The notes: generated by a model from the sequence alone, not told the origin. DNA of 57,299 nucleotides, filler included, from Sphacelaria rigidula (GCA_964200075.2; 8 parts of 8 records of this genome joined end to end with filler, not necessarily neighbours in it); one strand, 5' to 3'; numbered from the whole stretch's first letter, positions 1-12,467 are shown. Program-made: numbers and translations.

Positions 1-279
1 AAGGCACGCCCTCCCCCCCCTACAGCATCATGGGTACACCCCCTATAGCGTGCAGCACGTTCTCCACAAAACTCCAAACCTCAGCTATCTCGCTGGTGTC
101 GTTTCAATCACTACTCCAGTTGGACCTTTCTCACTTGCGGCGTGAGTACGAGAAATTTCAGACATTGTAAATCCTTGCTCCGACATCAGGAACATACTTT
201 CAAGACCTACCAACATGGTTTCCACAAGTCCGACTACCCCGAACACCCTAATTAGATGGATTCAGAGCCCTCCGTCATT

Positions 280-346
280 GGATGCTCCGTCTCGAAAGGG
301 GTGCGTGGTCAATGATCAAACGACTAGGGCAAGCAACATCTGAGTA
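280..346 (+). mobile_element. ~65-nt LINE 3'-end fragment
   Basis: GGATGCTCCGTCTCGAAAGGG...CAAACGACTAGGGCAAGCAACATCTGAGTA matches the end of the LINE at ~31995-32055 and copies at 3225-3291 and 28288-28350. Confidence 0.8.
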
Positions 347-365
347 CACCCTCCCCGCCCCACCG

Positions 366-657
366 ATGGTGAGACACCCATGATGCAATGTAGAACCCTT
401 GGCTGTTTTTGAAGGAGGCGATACCAGAAAATGAAATAACTAATTGAAGGCTGTCATCCATTTGCAAGATGGTTGGCACTTTTCGGACTGAACAATCTTG
501 GAAGGATGCAGCCCACCCTTCATGCGACTCGCCGAATACATCACGGCGCTTCGCGCTTGGTGATTGATTGCAAGCCTGTTCCGACAAAACCCGGCGTGCT
601 CCATCCTGGCTTTGTAGGGATGCGAGATCAATGGTCTTACGACTACGGCATGCATGT
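366..657 (+). mobile_element. Partial copy of a ~550-bp SINE-like repeat (family B)
   Basis: GATGGTGAGACACCCATGA...GCGACTCGCCGAA...GGGATGCGAGATCAATGGTCTTACGACTACGGCATGCATG aligns by eye with 32068-32637 and 40555-41180. Confidence 0.8.
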
Positions 658-758
658 CTATGTTTCTCCAGGTACACGGCCGTATCTATCGCCCTTGCTA
701 TCCGTCTCTCTACTCTACGCTTACGTATATGCATTTACCCTCTAGTACTGAAGAAAGG

Positions 759-1010
759 GATTTGCGCTTCACACGAACGTGACGCCCAACCCCAACCCTA
801 CCGTGCCACGGATCAGATGTCTCAAAGCTCGTCATACGACATTTTTTGCTGCAGATGACGTTGGGACTTGGCCGGCGGGCAAGAATCTGATTTGGCGTCC
901 GCAGAAGACACGTTGGAGCATAGGGCAGACAGGTGCGGCACGGGGTCTTGGTGGCCAGACCTGGGTACTCTCAAGCAGTGCATCTTGTGCGGCAATGTAC
1001 TCCAACAAGT
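759..1010 (+). repeat. ~250-bp dispersed repeat, second copy at ~4818-5065
   Basis: The two copies align throughout (shared GACTTGGCCGGCGGGCAAGAA, GGCGTCCGCAGAAGACACGT, GTGCATCTTGTGCGG), roughly 80% identical by eye; class unknown. Confidence 0.8.
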
Positions 1011-1994
1011 GTCGGTGAAGATGATGTGTGATTCGTTGGGTATCCGAGCACACAACGTGGCAACCAACTGGGTTCGGACACAATTCGTGGTGCGGTGTCG
1101 GTGTCGATGCAAGTACAAGAAAGGTGCCCGAAACTCAAAGAAATCATCTCGGGAGGCAAGGTTAGGTTGAGGAGCCCGAGCCCGGCACAAGTGGTACTAT
1201 TAATAGACAACATGTCGACTTGGCTTCTTTGTAACTATCGAAATGAAACACACTAGATGTTCGAGCGAGTCCGGGGACAAACCGGGCGACTCAGCATCAA
1301 GGCGCACAACACGAACATACTGTAGCACAATTATCAAGTTGTGTGCAGTAATGATGAGCGGCGCAAAACAAGTACGGCGAATGAGCACCACATTGTTGAC
1401 AACGAAACATACATATAATAGACCATGTGACCCCCCCCCCCAAGAGAACATACACAAATAGTAGCAATTTACTATTACGTGAATAGATGGGATACGCATC
1501 CAAGTTGTCGGTGAAGCACACCACGACATGGATATTGATAGAGTCCAAAGGTGTAACATGGAGACAAAAAAAGGAATCGAAAAACAAGATTATAACTCGC
1601 AACCAAAGACGTGGAAGCACTTGGACGAATCGACTACTTTTGACACAATATCCGGCACCGCCCCTTAGTTGAACCCTCGGGAAAGCGACACGAGATACAC
1701 TCGAGACGCGGCTAAAAACCAGCGGTCGGCTCCATTTACACACGATATATATACATAAATACCTATGCTGCAGGGAAAGAGTGGCGTTTCATGCAGCCCT
1801 TTCTGAAAAGGGGTTCCCAGACAAAAATCGAGGCATGTCTTATATGCCAGAGCCTGGTTCAGGCGCGCCTGTTTTAGGAAAGGTAGTTCGGGTAATTTTG
1901 CAGGCATGCCTTGAAGACGAGGTTCTGGTATAGATGGTGTACTCGTTGCGCTCTGTGTGTGACCACGGGTTGGAGAGATGAAGCGAATGCAACG

Positions 1995-2150
1995 GAAATC
2001 ATTATAATAATGATGATAAAAGTTATACTGATGAATAATAGTAATGATGATGATTATAACAATAATAGAAATAAAATGAAAAATAAAATAATGACAAGTA
2101 AGAGTGATGAAATCAACAACCACAACGACAACAATGATGATGATAACAAC
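1995..2150. repeat. Degenerate AAT/ATG/ACA trinucleotide microsatellite
   Basis: Low-complexity trinucleotide run; explains spurious Ile/Asn-rich ORFs. Confidence 0.8.
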
Positions 2151-2491
2151 AGAAAGGCACAGGACCCAGACATGAGGATGATTTTGTAGTAAAAACAAAA
2201 GTTGCGCCAAGCGCGATTACGGCCGAGAGTTCATGATCAGCTCCCAGAAAACCCTGAGGACCCGTTCAAAGTCAGGCAAAAACTAAAACATGAGACATGT
2301 CCTGTTTCACTGTACTGCAGCACAAACACGCTCACGTCCGCTCTCATGTGCTGTAGCTATCCCTGTTCTGTGGTGTGTTAGACCTTGCGAAGACGGTTTG
2401 GTCTCCCCTGAGATTGCCTGAGCTGCTGTATTGTTGTGTTCGTCTCTCTGTAGAATATAGTATCAGTAGGGACGCAGTGCTATCTACAAAC

Positions 2492-2691
2492 CTGACTGTT
2501 GAATACTTCATGTTATCCAGACCCATCGTTTGCGCGATACCGAACATGGCTGGGTAAAGGCACACAACCAGCGCCGGTATACACCGCTCGACCGGCTGGG
2601 CCAGGCGCCGTGCTCCGATGAAATGAGCAACCCATAGCATAGGGCGGATATACTGCACCACCAGGGTACTGCTTGCACCCGTCAGCTGCCG
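2492..2691 (-). CDS. Possible isolated exon of a hydrophobic protein
   Basis: Open frame RQLTGASSTLVVQYIRPMLWVAHFIGARRLAQPVERCIPALVVCLYPAMFGIAQTMGLDNMKYSTVR between a CAG acceptor and an AG|GTTTGT donor; no recognisable family and no partner exons found. Confidence 0.25.
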
Positions 2692-3224
2692 CTGGCATCA
2701 GCGCAAGCGCTCGCGGCGACGGCAAGACCCAACCAGCCATACTAACATGGGGATATACCTATACGCGAGCATTGCAATGACGCCCTGCGGCGGCAATGTA
2801 CCACTCGCTATCTGCTTGTCTGCTTGCAGCTTCGTTTCTCTGCTGCTGTTCTATCCGTCCCGGCACTACTGTTCACTTCTGTTCTGTAGTACGTCGTACA
2901 CTACAGGTGTGACTCGAGTGTGCGAGCCTGATGAGCATTTTTCACTACATAATTCACTACAAGATCGTATTTCATTGGCGTTAGATTCCACCGATTCCTC
3001 ACTGAAGGGCCTCTGATTGGTCGAATTCCATATCTCGCTGCAAAAATCTACCCCATGTATGGGCGTTGTGCCCAACAGAAACGGTTTTTTGCATGTGGTC
3101 CAAGAACCGGTTTCGAAGCAGCATTAAGGCCACTCGAAGCCGCTTACCTATTTAACCACAAGAACGTTTCAATACACACGAAGAACTGGCTAGGTGAGGT
3201 GATCGTTTCCTACATCCCCCTAAA

Positions 3225-3291
3225 GGATGCTCCGTCTCGAAAGGGATGCGTGGTCAATGCTCAAACGACTGGGGCAAGCAACAGATGAGTA
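3225..3291 (+). mobile_element. ~65-nt LINE 3'-end fragment followed by a C-tract
   Basis: Same sequence as 280-346 and the LINE terminus; followed by TGCCCCCCCTCCC. Confidence 0.8.
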
Positions 3292-3789
3292 TGCCCCCCC
3301 TCCCAAAGTGTGCGGCGCTTGCGTCCAGAACAAATCAAGCACATGAAACATATCGCGATGATAGATGATAGCCTTTGACTTTTCGATTTCCACCTCTCCT
3401 CGTATTTTCAGGTGTCGACTCTCAAACCTCGGGAGATAAAAGTCATTTTCAATGTCTTGGGCGGTTGGCGGCATTTCGATTCGCTCATATTTCGGCAGGA
3501 TAAATAGTCTGGTTTCCCTGGTGTTAGCGTATTTCGAGGAACACCATACTGTACGACCTTCCTACATCTTTTGCGCTGCTGGTGCACGTTTTGATTACAA
3601 GCCCGACGAACTTGTTCCTATTTTTGCGAGAAATAGTCTTGATTTTGCTCCAAGAGTTGCTCGGAAACCTTCAAGTTGCGCAAATGACTAAGCAGAGTAT
3701 GCAGCGCTCCCCAGGGTAGTGTAGTCGTATTAATTGCAGGGATCCTATCTGTTGTGGTCCTTCGAGCACGTGCTCGTTTTGTCGCACTT

Positions 3790-3880
3790 TGAACCCTCCC
3801 CTCCCTCGGGACGAGTCCGCGGCCTACTGGTGTACTGGTCTAGTAGTCTCAAAGGATCAACCCATCTCTCCTCCGGTACA
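3790..3880 (-). repeat. Dispersed repeat homologous to ~39380-39450
   Basis: Reverse complement TGTACCGGAGGAGAGATGGGTTGATCCTTTGAGAC...CGGACTCGTCCCGAGG matches TGTACCGGGGGAGAGATGGGTTGACCCCTTGAGACGACGGACTCGTCACGAGG on another contig. Confidence 0.65.
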
Positions 3881-4817
3881 TGCCATGCCTTTCGGTCTCG
3901 CGGATAGGGCCAGCACTCCCGCACCGCGCCAGCTCTCGTCAAACAAACGCAGTCACCTACTTTTTGTTTACTCACGTGCGTATGCTTTCGACGGTGAAAA
4001 TCAGATACTTGGATGAAAAAACCCAACGCATCGGGTATCGAAGCCATGTTCTCTCCACCGTAATGGTGACAGTCGGACCATTCGATCACCGGGGCTATGT
4101 ACCTCGGAAGAACTTCTTTTCGTCTTCAGCAGTGGAATCAGTCCCTAAAGATTTGGTTCCGCATGGCTATGGCGTCCCCGAAACAGAGTGATAACGTAGA
4201 GCCCGCGCCAAAAAGTGGCCCGGGATCCACGGAAGAAATTAAGGGAGTGAATTCGTACGCTGGCTTCTGCTCGACGCTTCGAAAAACGTAATCTAAACTA
4301 CGACAAACACTGCGCAAACCGATATAATGCTGTGTCGGTCACAACAGACCGTGCCCGACGCCCTGCCATCGTAGGACCGCGTGGGGTGGAAGGGAAGTCG
4401 TGGGCATTTGGCTGGGTTTCCCTGGGGCTTTCCTGGGGACACAAGTTGTACATCGGCAATGATGGCCGTATCATATTTCGTTCCCCAACGTAGTGGCGTG
4501 GTCCTTCAAGCCCAGCCCTTGTGGCTGCCAATACGGTATCACGGAGTAGTACAACACCATGCACGGGGATATCGAGACCAAGCATACATGTCCGGAGCGC
4601 CAGGAGGCCGACAAAACGAAAATGCCCTCTTTATTCCCGGCATGTTTTGAATCCAACCTCTCCCTTCACGCATCGTTATAGCCACCTTAGCAACCGCGTC
4701 CGACTCGACAAATTAGCTCAAAAAGCCTCCCACGTACACGGCCGTACCTTCCCCTGCCATTCGTCTCTTTACCCTAGGCTTGCGTGAATCCAATTTCTCT
4801 CTGTTACTGCTGTACGG

Positions 4818-5065
4818 GATTTGCACTTTACGCGGAACCTAACGCCCACCCCCAACCTTACCGTGCCTCGGATCAGACGTTTCAAAAGCTCGTCATTCGA
4901 CATCTTTTGCTGCCGGTGACGTTCGGACTTGGCCGGCGGGCAAGAACCCGATTCGGCGTCCGCAGAAGACACGTCGGAGCACAGGGCAGACGGGTGCGGT
5001 ACGGGATCTTGGTGGCCAGGTGTGAGTACTCTAAAGTAGTGCATCTTGTGCGGTAATGTCCTTCA
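4818..5065 (+). repeat. Second copy of the ~250-bp dispersed repeat
   Basis: Aligns with 759-1010. Confidence 0.8.
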
Positions 5066-6692
5066 CCAATGAAACGCTGCAATAGGCCGAGCACGTTAGC
5101 AAGGTGTATGTTTAAAGATGAAACGTTCGAGGTGTCAGTGAGCTGCGACACCGCAGGCATATAAACCCGGCTTGTTCTTGGCTGTGAGTGGGCGGATCAA
5201 TAGGCTAGTCCCAGCGCACAGCAGCCAGAAAGCATTGCCGTGGTACATAAAAGGTGGGCCATGGTGATATCTCTTTCCATCATTGAGATCCATTTCCAGT
5301 TTCACAGACTCTGGTGCAACATGGCCATCGGTGAAAATTAGATGGACCGAGAAGACAAACAAAGTAATGAGAGTAATAAAAACGTTCGAGATGCTTATTG
5401 AAGGGCCAGGTTTTCGTTGGCCAACAGGTGCAATGTTCGTTATCCATCCAAAACACTGGGATCCACCCAATCACAAGATCGGATACCGACCGCACGTTCC
5501 AATATAAGTACTAGGAAACTGGTGAATAGAGAAGTGGCAGTCTAGTTTTGGGCAGCGAATCAGGTGAAGTAAGGTCATGAGTTATGCGGATCGGAACCTC
5601 GTGATGAGAAATATTACCTTTGCGTCGAGTTATATAGGTGTCATCACTGGAAAAGAAATTCAGCGATGAGTCAAATCGTCCAGGTCAAATCGACCAAACG
5701 TTTTCGGTTAGGAAGGTCATCACCTGGAACGTTTGACATCAAAATTTGAGGATAGGAAGGTTTTAGTACCCGACATGGATGCTCAGAGTAAAATATGTTT
5801 CCGTGATCAACTTCGAAGGACTCACGGGCTCGTCAATGGTAGGGGGGTCTTGCGAGTATACAGCGCCAGGGTCTACCTCATATATATTTTTCTGCTTTCG
5901 CTCGATTGGAGCAATCCCGATCGTTATCGCGACCAAAAATATGTTTCAGTCCTTTTCGTTCCCTAGCTATTGATTACACCACAGAAAGAAAAAACTTGTC
6001 TTCGGACCAAATACGTTCGATACCACCCCCACCGCTAGATCGTTGTTTACTCTTCACTGCCACGACGATGCATAAATTGGGAATGTTCCCTGTGAACGGC
6101 CTTTTCGGTCGTACATGTACCAAGGTAGCCGGTAAACGTTCACCCGACCCTGCGTTGATAGGAGCTGTCATCAGCTGTTGTGCGTGCCTGTCGAATGACG
6201 AACAGGCGGCTGGTCCATTTTTATTTCCCTCTCCAAGTTTTTATTGAAACCTGCACCGCTTGGAAGTTCTGCTCGTTCTTCTCCTCTGTACGACGCTGTT
6301 TGTAACGAAAAGAAGTTTTGGTTTCCTTGTGGCGTTCGGCAAGCGCACCGGCCCGTTTTGCTACGAACGTGACCGGTCTCGCTGAAGGTTCCTTCTCGTG
6401 CGGACTGCGCTCCGTTGAATTCCTGCAACTGGTATTTTCCACATCGGTTGATGTAGCTTTCACGTTTGGAGTGACCACCATATCATGTCCCCGGACTCGT
6501 GGTACTATCGTTAGACGTTTTGGTCGTTTCATCATCGTGACTCTGTCTGACCGTGATACCGCGTGTTTCCTTGCTGGTGTACTTTTTGGACCCCTACGGG
6601 ACATCGACCGACTGGTAGTGCTGTTGATCGGATTCGATTTATACATGAAAGCAGGCCAACACTGGTCCTGGTGCCATACCGGAGGTGGTTCA

Positions 6693-6720
6693 AGAACCTG
6701 CTAGTGCTACAAGCAGGCCC

Positions 6721-6755
<35 letters not shown>

Positions 6756-7075
6756 GGCACAGGCCATCGCCGCCTCTGACACCGCACATCCACCGCTGCG
6801 GGCGCCGACGGTCCCGGTGCCGAGGGTGGATGGCGTGGCCGAGGAATCATCCACGCTGGCATCAGCAGGGGATCCAGATGGTGGCTTAGGAGTAGACCGT
6901 GGACCTGTGGAAGCTCCCGCCCACCGGAGACCTCCGTTTGTTACAGAACCTGCTAGTGCTACAAGCAGGCCCGATGATGATGATGTTGTGATGATGATGA
7001 TGAGGCACGGGCCATCGCCGCCTCTGACACCACATGTTCACCGCTGCGGGCGCCGACGGTCCCGGTGCCGAGGGT
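6693..7075 (+). repeat. 252-bp-unit tandem repeat containing (GAT)n, truncated by the contig end
   Basis: AGAACCTGCTAGTGCTACAAGCAGGCCCGATGAT... starts at 6693 and again at 6945. Confidence 0.9.
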
Positions 7076-7175
7076 NNNNNNNNNNNNNNNNNNNNNNNNN
7101 NNNNNNNNNNNNNNNNNNNTTAATTAATTAANNNNNNNNNNNNNNNNNNNNNNNNNNNNNNNNNNNNNNNNNNNN
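7076..7175. other. Artificial contig spacer (N-run, TTAATTAATTAA, N-run); same spacer at 14251-14350, 21426-21525, 28601-28700, 35776-35875, 42951-43050, 50126-50225
   Basis: Seen directly: seven 100-nt spacers with an all-frame-stop palindrome at an exact 7175-nt period, leaving blocks of 7075 nt (last 7074 nt). Confidence 0.97.
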
Positions 7176-7209
7176 GGGTAGGTCGCTCGAAGACATATTT
7201 TTCATTATT

Positions 7210-7241
7210 CCACTAACACAGGGTCAACCCTGTGTTAGTGG
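7210..7241. repeat. Perfect 15-bp-arm palindrome
   Basis: CCACTAACACAGGGT-CA-ACCCTGTGTTAGTGG. Confidence 0.9.
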
Positions 7242-8415
7242 GGGTCCGGTCCCAAAAGGGTTTAATGAAGCTGTAATTCTTTGCATACCTTCGGAGCCAA
7301 GTAAGGCCATGTTATATTTATGGGTTTCGGCAATACACTCCACATCAAACTTCCACGACGAGAACAAGACCAGACAAGCACTACAAAACTCTACAACGCT
7401 TGCTCACTCAAGCTAAACGCATTTATCTGCACCGTCAATTCGCGTCCAATGTGCGTCGCATCTTGTAGTGAAATATAGGGCCAACAATCATGGGCGCTAC
7501 CTCACCCAAGACGCCCCCAAATGGCTATTTATCAAGTGTTTTCTAATGTGAAAAAAAAAACTACCACCTCCAGAGGGGGGAATGGGGGTACAAAGGGTCT
7601 CGGAGATCTTGTTTTGGGCACTCCTGTGTCATCCAGGACTTTTAGCTCCTCGATGTGAGGGGTCACATTTTCCACATTTTTGAAGAGGAAACAAGTCAAA
7701 TAACGCAATTTTTCTCGCAGCCGGCGCTGCCGATTGTTTTCCAGTTACGATCGCCGATTAACTGGAAAACAGTAGATGTACCTACTGGCGGCGCCAGCGG
7801 CCAGTTTAAACTCAACTGGCCAGAGCAGCCAGTTTACAGCCTTACCAACTGGTTGTTGGAGTTAGACGCATCACGTACCATTCACGAACACCACGGTACG
7901 CACAAGCTGGAGGCGCTACTGAAAAGGTAGCCAGAAAGATTCTGAAAGATGAGAGACGCGCTTTGATCGGAGGTCATCTTTTAGATTATTTTTGGAAACC
8001 TTCTCAGCAGCGCCTTCAGCAACGAACACGAGGATCAGAATATGGGAAGGCTTCCAACCGGAGGTTGTTGCGTCAAAGCTGGGTTAGCCTCCACTTCGGG
8101 TGCTGCTGTAGAAGGCAAGCTCGTGTCATTTTGAGAAGAAACGGATTTGACAGATCTACGGGTGTGCCAAAAAAATGATGTACGAAACCGTTGAAAAAAA
8201 CCCGACTGAGTAACGTCGCCATATGCCGGACTGTGGCTTATGCTACGGCTCAGAGTACTATTGGTTGATGTATGACATTTTCTCTCTTCATAACTTTACA
8301 CTGGCTCTAATTTGCTGGGGTTTCTCCTCTTGGCTATCTCAGTACGTTGTTGCGTCTTGAAATAAACCTTGTTGCAAAATTTCAGGCAGAGCGCCAATAA
8401 AACCGCCAAGCTGGC

Positions 8416-11400
8416 TCAGCTTGAATTCGTCCGCGATAGGTTGAAACGGAACATGCGACTCCCACCGATCCCGTAAATACTACCCTCGCGGGGACGATTA
8501 CTTCCTGATCCCAAGAACAGACCATGCTCCTCGCCCCCCCCCCCCCTGCACAGGGGTCACACACCAGTTTCCACTTTAACGTTTCGAACTTTTCACTCGG
8601 ACGATTGCAAATAGACATCTGGATCCTGGGAACGTTTCTTCCGAGTAACATGACATGAACATGATATAAATCCAACATATGGATAAAGTTGCGCCGTTAG
8701 GCGTCAACACCCCGCAGCCGGAAAAGTTTGTCCGAGAAACCTATTCGAGGGACATTTTCCGGACCCCAGTGCCGGCAACAAAACTAACCACAAAACAATT
8801 GACAAGAAATCCATCGAAAATAAAAATAAAAATAAACACGAAAGCACTGACCTGAGTTTGCCTGATGTGGCCAGCGTGAGCTCCGGTGACCGAAGCATGT
8901 TGCTGCGTAGCCGCGGAGCAGGTCCTGGTGCCCCAGGGGTAGGCACGACACCGGTTGCCTGTTGTCCAGGCCCCATAGCTTGAGCAGTGGATCCCGGCAA
9001 GACGATGCCGTTTACGGGGGTGAAGTTGCCGAAAGGCGAACCGAACATTCCCACCACCGCTGATCTCCTTCAGAGAGAGTGCAAGAGGAAAAAGAAAAGA
9101 GAAGGCAAGACGGTTTGCAATTGTGGAATTATGGCAACACTCTCCCTCGGTATATCTGAGTACTTCGGAAATACCAAACAAAAAGATAAGCGGCGTCCGT
9201 CTGTCGTGATAAAACGCAGACTTCGCATGTCTTTTGGCTAAGCCGTGTCTTATTTAGAGAAATATTTTGAGGCAAAATCTTCTCTTTGAACGTCGCTGTC
9301 AACAGAATTCACTCGACATCCCTGTCGAAGGGAAAATCCTGTCTCGATACAGGATATCGGTATGAGAACGTGACGTCGTGACAACACACGAAACACACCA
9401 GTGCGTCACCACACCGAACAGAAAGCTGTGCATCTCTGGTGTGTGGTCCAGGCTCTATAATGAGCCCAACAGCCTACGCATAGCTCCCATTTTACGTTAT
9501 GTTTTTCGACATGCTCAACGCGCTTTGGGAACATGTTGAAACAAACAATTCCATTTTTTTTCTCAACATGTTCCCGAAGCGCGTTGAGCATGGGATGTCA
9601 GACTTCAACGAATCAGAAGGACAAGAATGTGAAGAATCACAACTATTTTCAGAAGCATATTTACCTGAAAAAAAATCCTCTCGAGAAGACGGGGGGGCCT
9701 TTCTCCTGTGCTACAGGTTTCGCCCTGTACTTTACCTACTATGTTTTCGGCACATGACATTTTCCTTCTCTGAACACCCCAGGTACATTGAGAGTTGTCG
9801 GAGCACACGCATGGTGATCTCCCGATCATAATAACATGAAAACTTGGCGACATGTTGCCGCGGGTCTCGAGATACGTTCGGTGAAAGGTTTTTGAACTTC
9901 TTGGATGGCCGAGCTCGTAGTTGGTTCCGAGAATCACATATTTCGGCGACCGGATCTTTGCAGGGTTGTGTATCGGTACCGATTATATCAATAATGTGTT
10001 GCATGGTAGTTGGTGATCATCTAAATTGCATACTTGACTTCCAAGGGATCAAATATCACCGAAACGCCTACTTACGACTGAGCCGGGTGTACCGGTCCCG
10101 CGGCCGGGCGGGTGAATCTTGCTTGCCCTGCCGCCCCGGCAGCAGCAGTAGCACTTCGGTCTTCCAGTCGAGGCTTTTTGTTCGAGCTGTGACTGCGCAG
10201 CCATTCCACGACCTGGCGTCGTATCGCGAGAGACGGGGTGACCACAAGAACGACACTATGATGATTTTTGCCACGAGTGCATGCTTTCAATACGCAGTGA
10301 AAACCCGATTCTTCACCCTTTGATGACTTTTGGGGAAATGGATAAGCTAGTGATCTACTGCACGAGAAAATGGGGAGGGGGGAAGGGTCGGGGATCGAGG
10401 TACGCAGCAGTGCTACAAAGGTCGGTCCCGTTGTCGGCGATTTTTTTTTGTAAGTACACACCGAGCCCACACACTGATTCGACGTGTCGGAACATTCGAG
10501 TGACGCAGCTGTTAATCCTGCCGTGACGACAAGCTGGAAATATGTATATCTGAGAGTCACAACGCTTCAACACGGGGACATGCGGACACAGACCTCTGAA
10601 TGTCCCTCTTCCTGGGCACGAGACATTGCCTTTCCAATATCGCTGGGCATATTGTTGTCGTAGAACCACTGCACTATCTTGACATGTCCGCGTCCTGCCG
10701 CCATTTCCAGCGCCGACAAGCTGCAGCCCTCTGACCGATTCTCGTGAAGCCACTGCTCGTTGCGAAACAACATCCCCGTTAATCGGCCATGTGTGTTTTT
10801 CGAAGGGGCGTGGGGGAGTACTCATGATCATGCGTGCCATATTCATGACACCATTGACCTCGCATCCCTACCAAGTCGGGACGGAGCACGCCGGGTCATC
10901 GCCGGACCAGGCTCAACCTCAAACCACCAAGCGCGAAGCGCCGTGGCGTGCTCGGCGAGTGGCATAAAGGGTGAGCTGCATCCTGCTAAAATTGTCCAGC
11001 CCGACGCCTACTGATTATCTTGCATTTGGATGACAGCCTACAACGAGTTGCTTCATTTTCTGGTATCGCCACTTTCAGGGGCAGCCACGGCTTACACCCT
11101 GCCTCATGGGGTATCTCACCATTCAAACACCACGTAGTACGATCATCTCTATTAGGGGGGTCGGCAGCGCTAGCTAGTGCGCAGTTGTCATCATGGGAGA
11201 ATCAACAAGCACCAGACAAGCGGTAAATACACTGTGATACACAAAACACACCGACATGAATGACGACAGCGGGTGACACGAAACGCACCTTTTGCGGCGG
11301 AACTGACTCTTACATTGTCGATTATCCGTCATGTCGTTTTCATCAGGCAGAACACCACGGAATTGCGACAAATCAAGGGAAAGTAAACTCGTGAGTTTGC

Positions 11401-11756
11401 TCGCAAGTGCTGCCCCGTAACCATCGTGTTTCTTCTTTGTGGAAATACAGTTGAACTTGTCGAGGGTGCTGCACTTCGACAGCCTCATGGGTTGCGTCTG
11501 CCAGCAACCACGAAGGGGACTGGACACGATCCGATCATGACGAGGAAAAAGAGTGGAAAAAGAGAAGAAAAAAACTCCTGATGAAATGATTGCCCACCTC
11601 TACAACACTCAAGTGACCTCCTTCGGCCGCGCCGTCCATGGCATCTGTGGTGCATTCCAAATCCTTGCCGTGAAGCCACTTGACCATCTCCAGGTGTCCT
11701 GCCGCCGCAGCACGGTCCATCGCCCGCTTGCTGAACTTCAAACTTTCCCCACTTGC
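8416..11756 (-). CDS. Ankyrin-repeat protein (AMD.AA..GHL..V.WLH type), 5'-partial, five exons
   Basis: Phase-compatible GT-AG exons 11756-11598, 10752-10594, 10212-10076, 9067-8852, 8545-8416 give ...[74 protein letters not shown]...[15 protein letters not shown]..., then a Pro/Gly-rich tail. The first three exons are solid; the last two are less certain because a TAA at 10072-10074 is an alternative end. Confidence 0.85.
9510..9592. repeat. Intronic inverted repeat: 30-bp arms (one mismatch) and 23-nt loop
   Basis: Arms CATGCTCAACGCGCTTTGGGAACATGTTGA (9510-9539) and TCAACATGTTCCCGAAGCGCGTTGAGCATG (9563-9592). Confidence 0.9.
9690..10070 (+). mobile_element. Possible decayed hAT-like transposase fragment in an intron
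   Basis: [11 protein letters not shown]...[21 protein letters not shown]...[13 protein letters not shown] loosely follows the hAT order PF...E.P.F / DGW...PIIN / HTAEY; contains stops and lacks the catalytic D. Confidence 0.35.
10806..11160 (-). mobile_element. SINE-like family B copy in an ankyrin gene intron
   Basis: Reverse complement of the 32068-32637 element, ending CATGAGTACTCCCCCACGCCCC. Confidence 0.8.
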
Positions 11757-12467
11757 CTACAAAAAAAAGCCAAGGTGAGATCGGAAGAACATTAGTATAA
11801 TGCACCCCAAACCTCCGCACATGGTCTGATCAAGGTCTGGAAATGCCCCAGATATGAAGGGGAAAGAGCGCGACAAACGTACCAATAGAATTCGGTACGT
11901 TTTTCGATAATATCCACAATGCCATCTTGGGCAGTCGGCCAACTACGCGTACTTTTCGAGAAATTCTTTTCTTCACAGAGTGTGCAAAGGTTGGGATGGC
12001 TTTTGCGAGGCTCACGTTTGAAAACGTTCGACGCGTTTTCCGCCTGCGGTTCAACCAACTCCGAACTTGAAGCTGATGTCGATCCCAGGGGCATCGCTAC
12101 TGTCATGAGCTGCTGCTGCTCGTACTGTGATGAATGTGTGCGACCTTCGCGTCCACATGTGTTAATGCTCGCTGTCCGCACCTCTTAATCTAGTTTGAGC
12201 ATGACCCAAAGTTGATTGGGGCGCCTTTTGGAGCACGACTATCATGTGCAAGTGAATCCGTGGAGTCGTTCAGATGTATCGGGAGAATCACTGTCAACTA
12301 AAGCTCAAACCAACCAGATACCAGGTTAATCTTGTGAACTGACCAGTTAACCTGGCAGCCAGCTCACAAATCTTCTCATATATTCTTCTATGGACATTGC
12401 CTCCTAGAGCATATAGTTCAGTAGGCAGCAGTCTGGTGATCGCTCTCCCCTGCGGTGTAGCAGCGCC

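Noticed and set aside
779-1018. Bro-N-like viral domain (IRCLKARHTTFFAADDV)
   Set aside because: Only a few residues resemble it, and the frame is not preserved in the second copy of the repeat.
8987-9241. Plus-strand basic ORF
   Set aside because: It is the antisense of an ankyrin-gene exon and its polypyrimidine tract.
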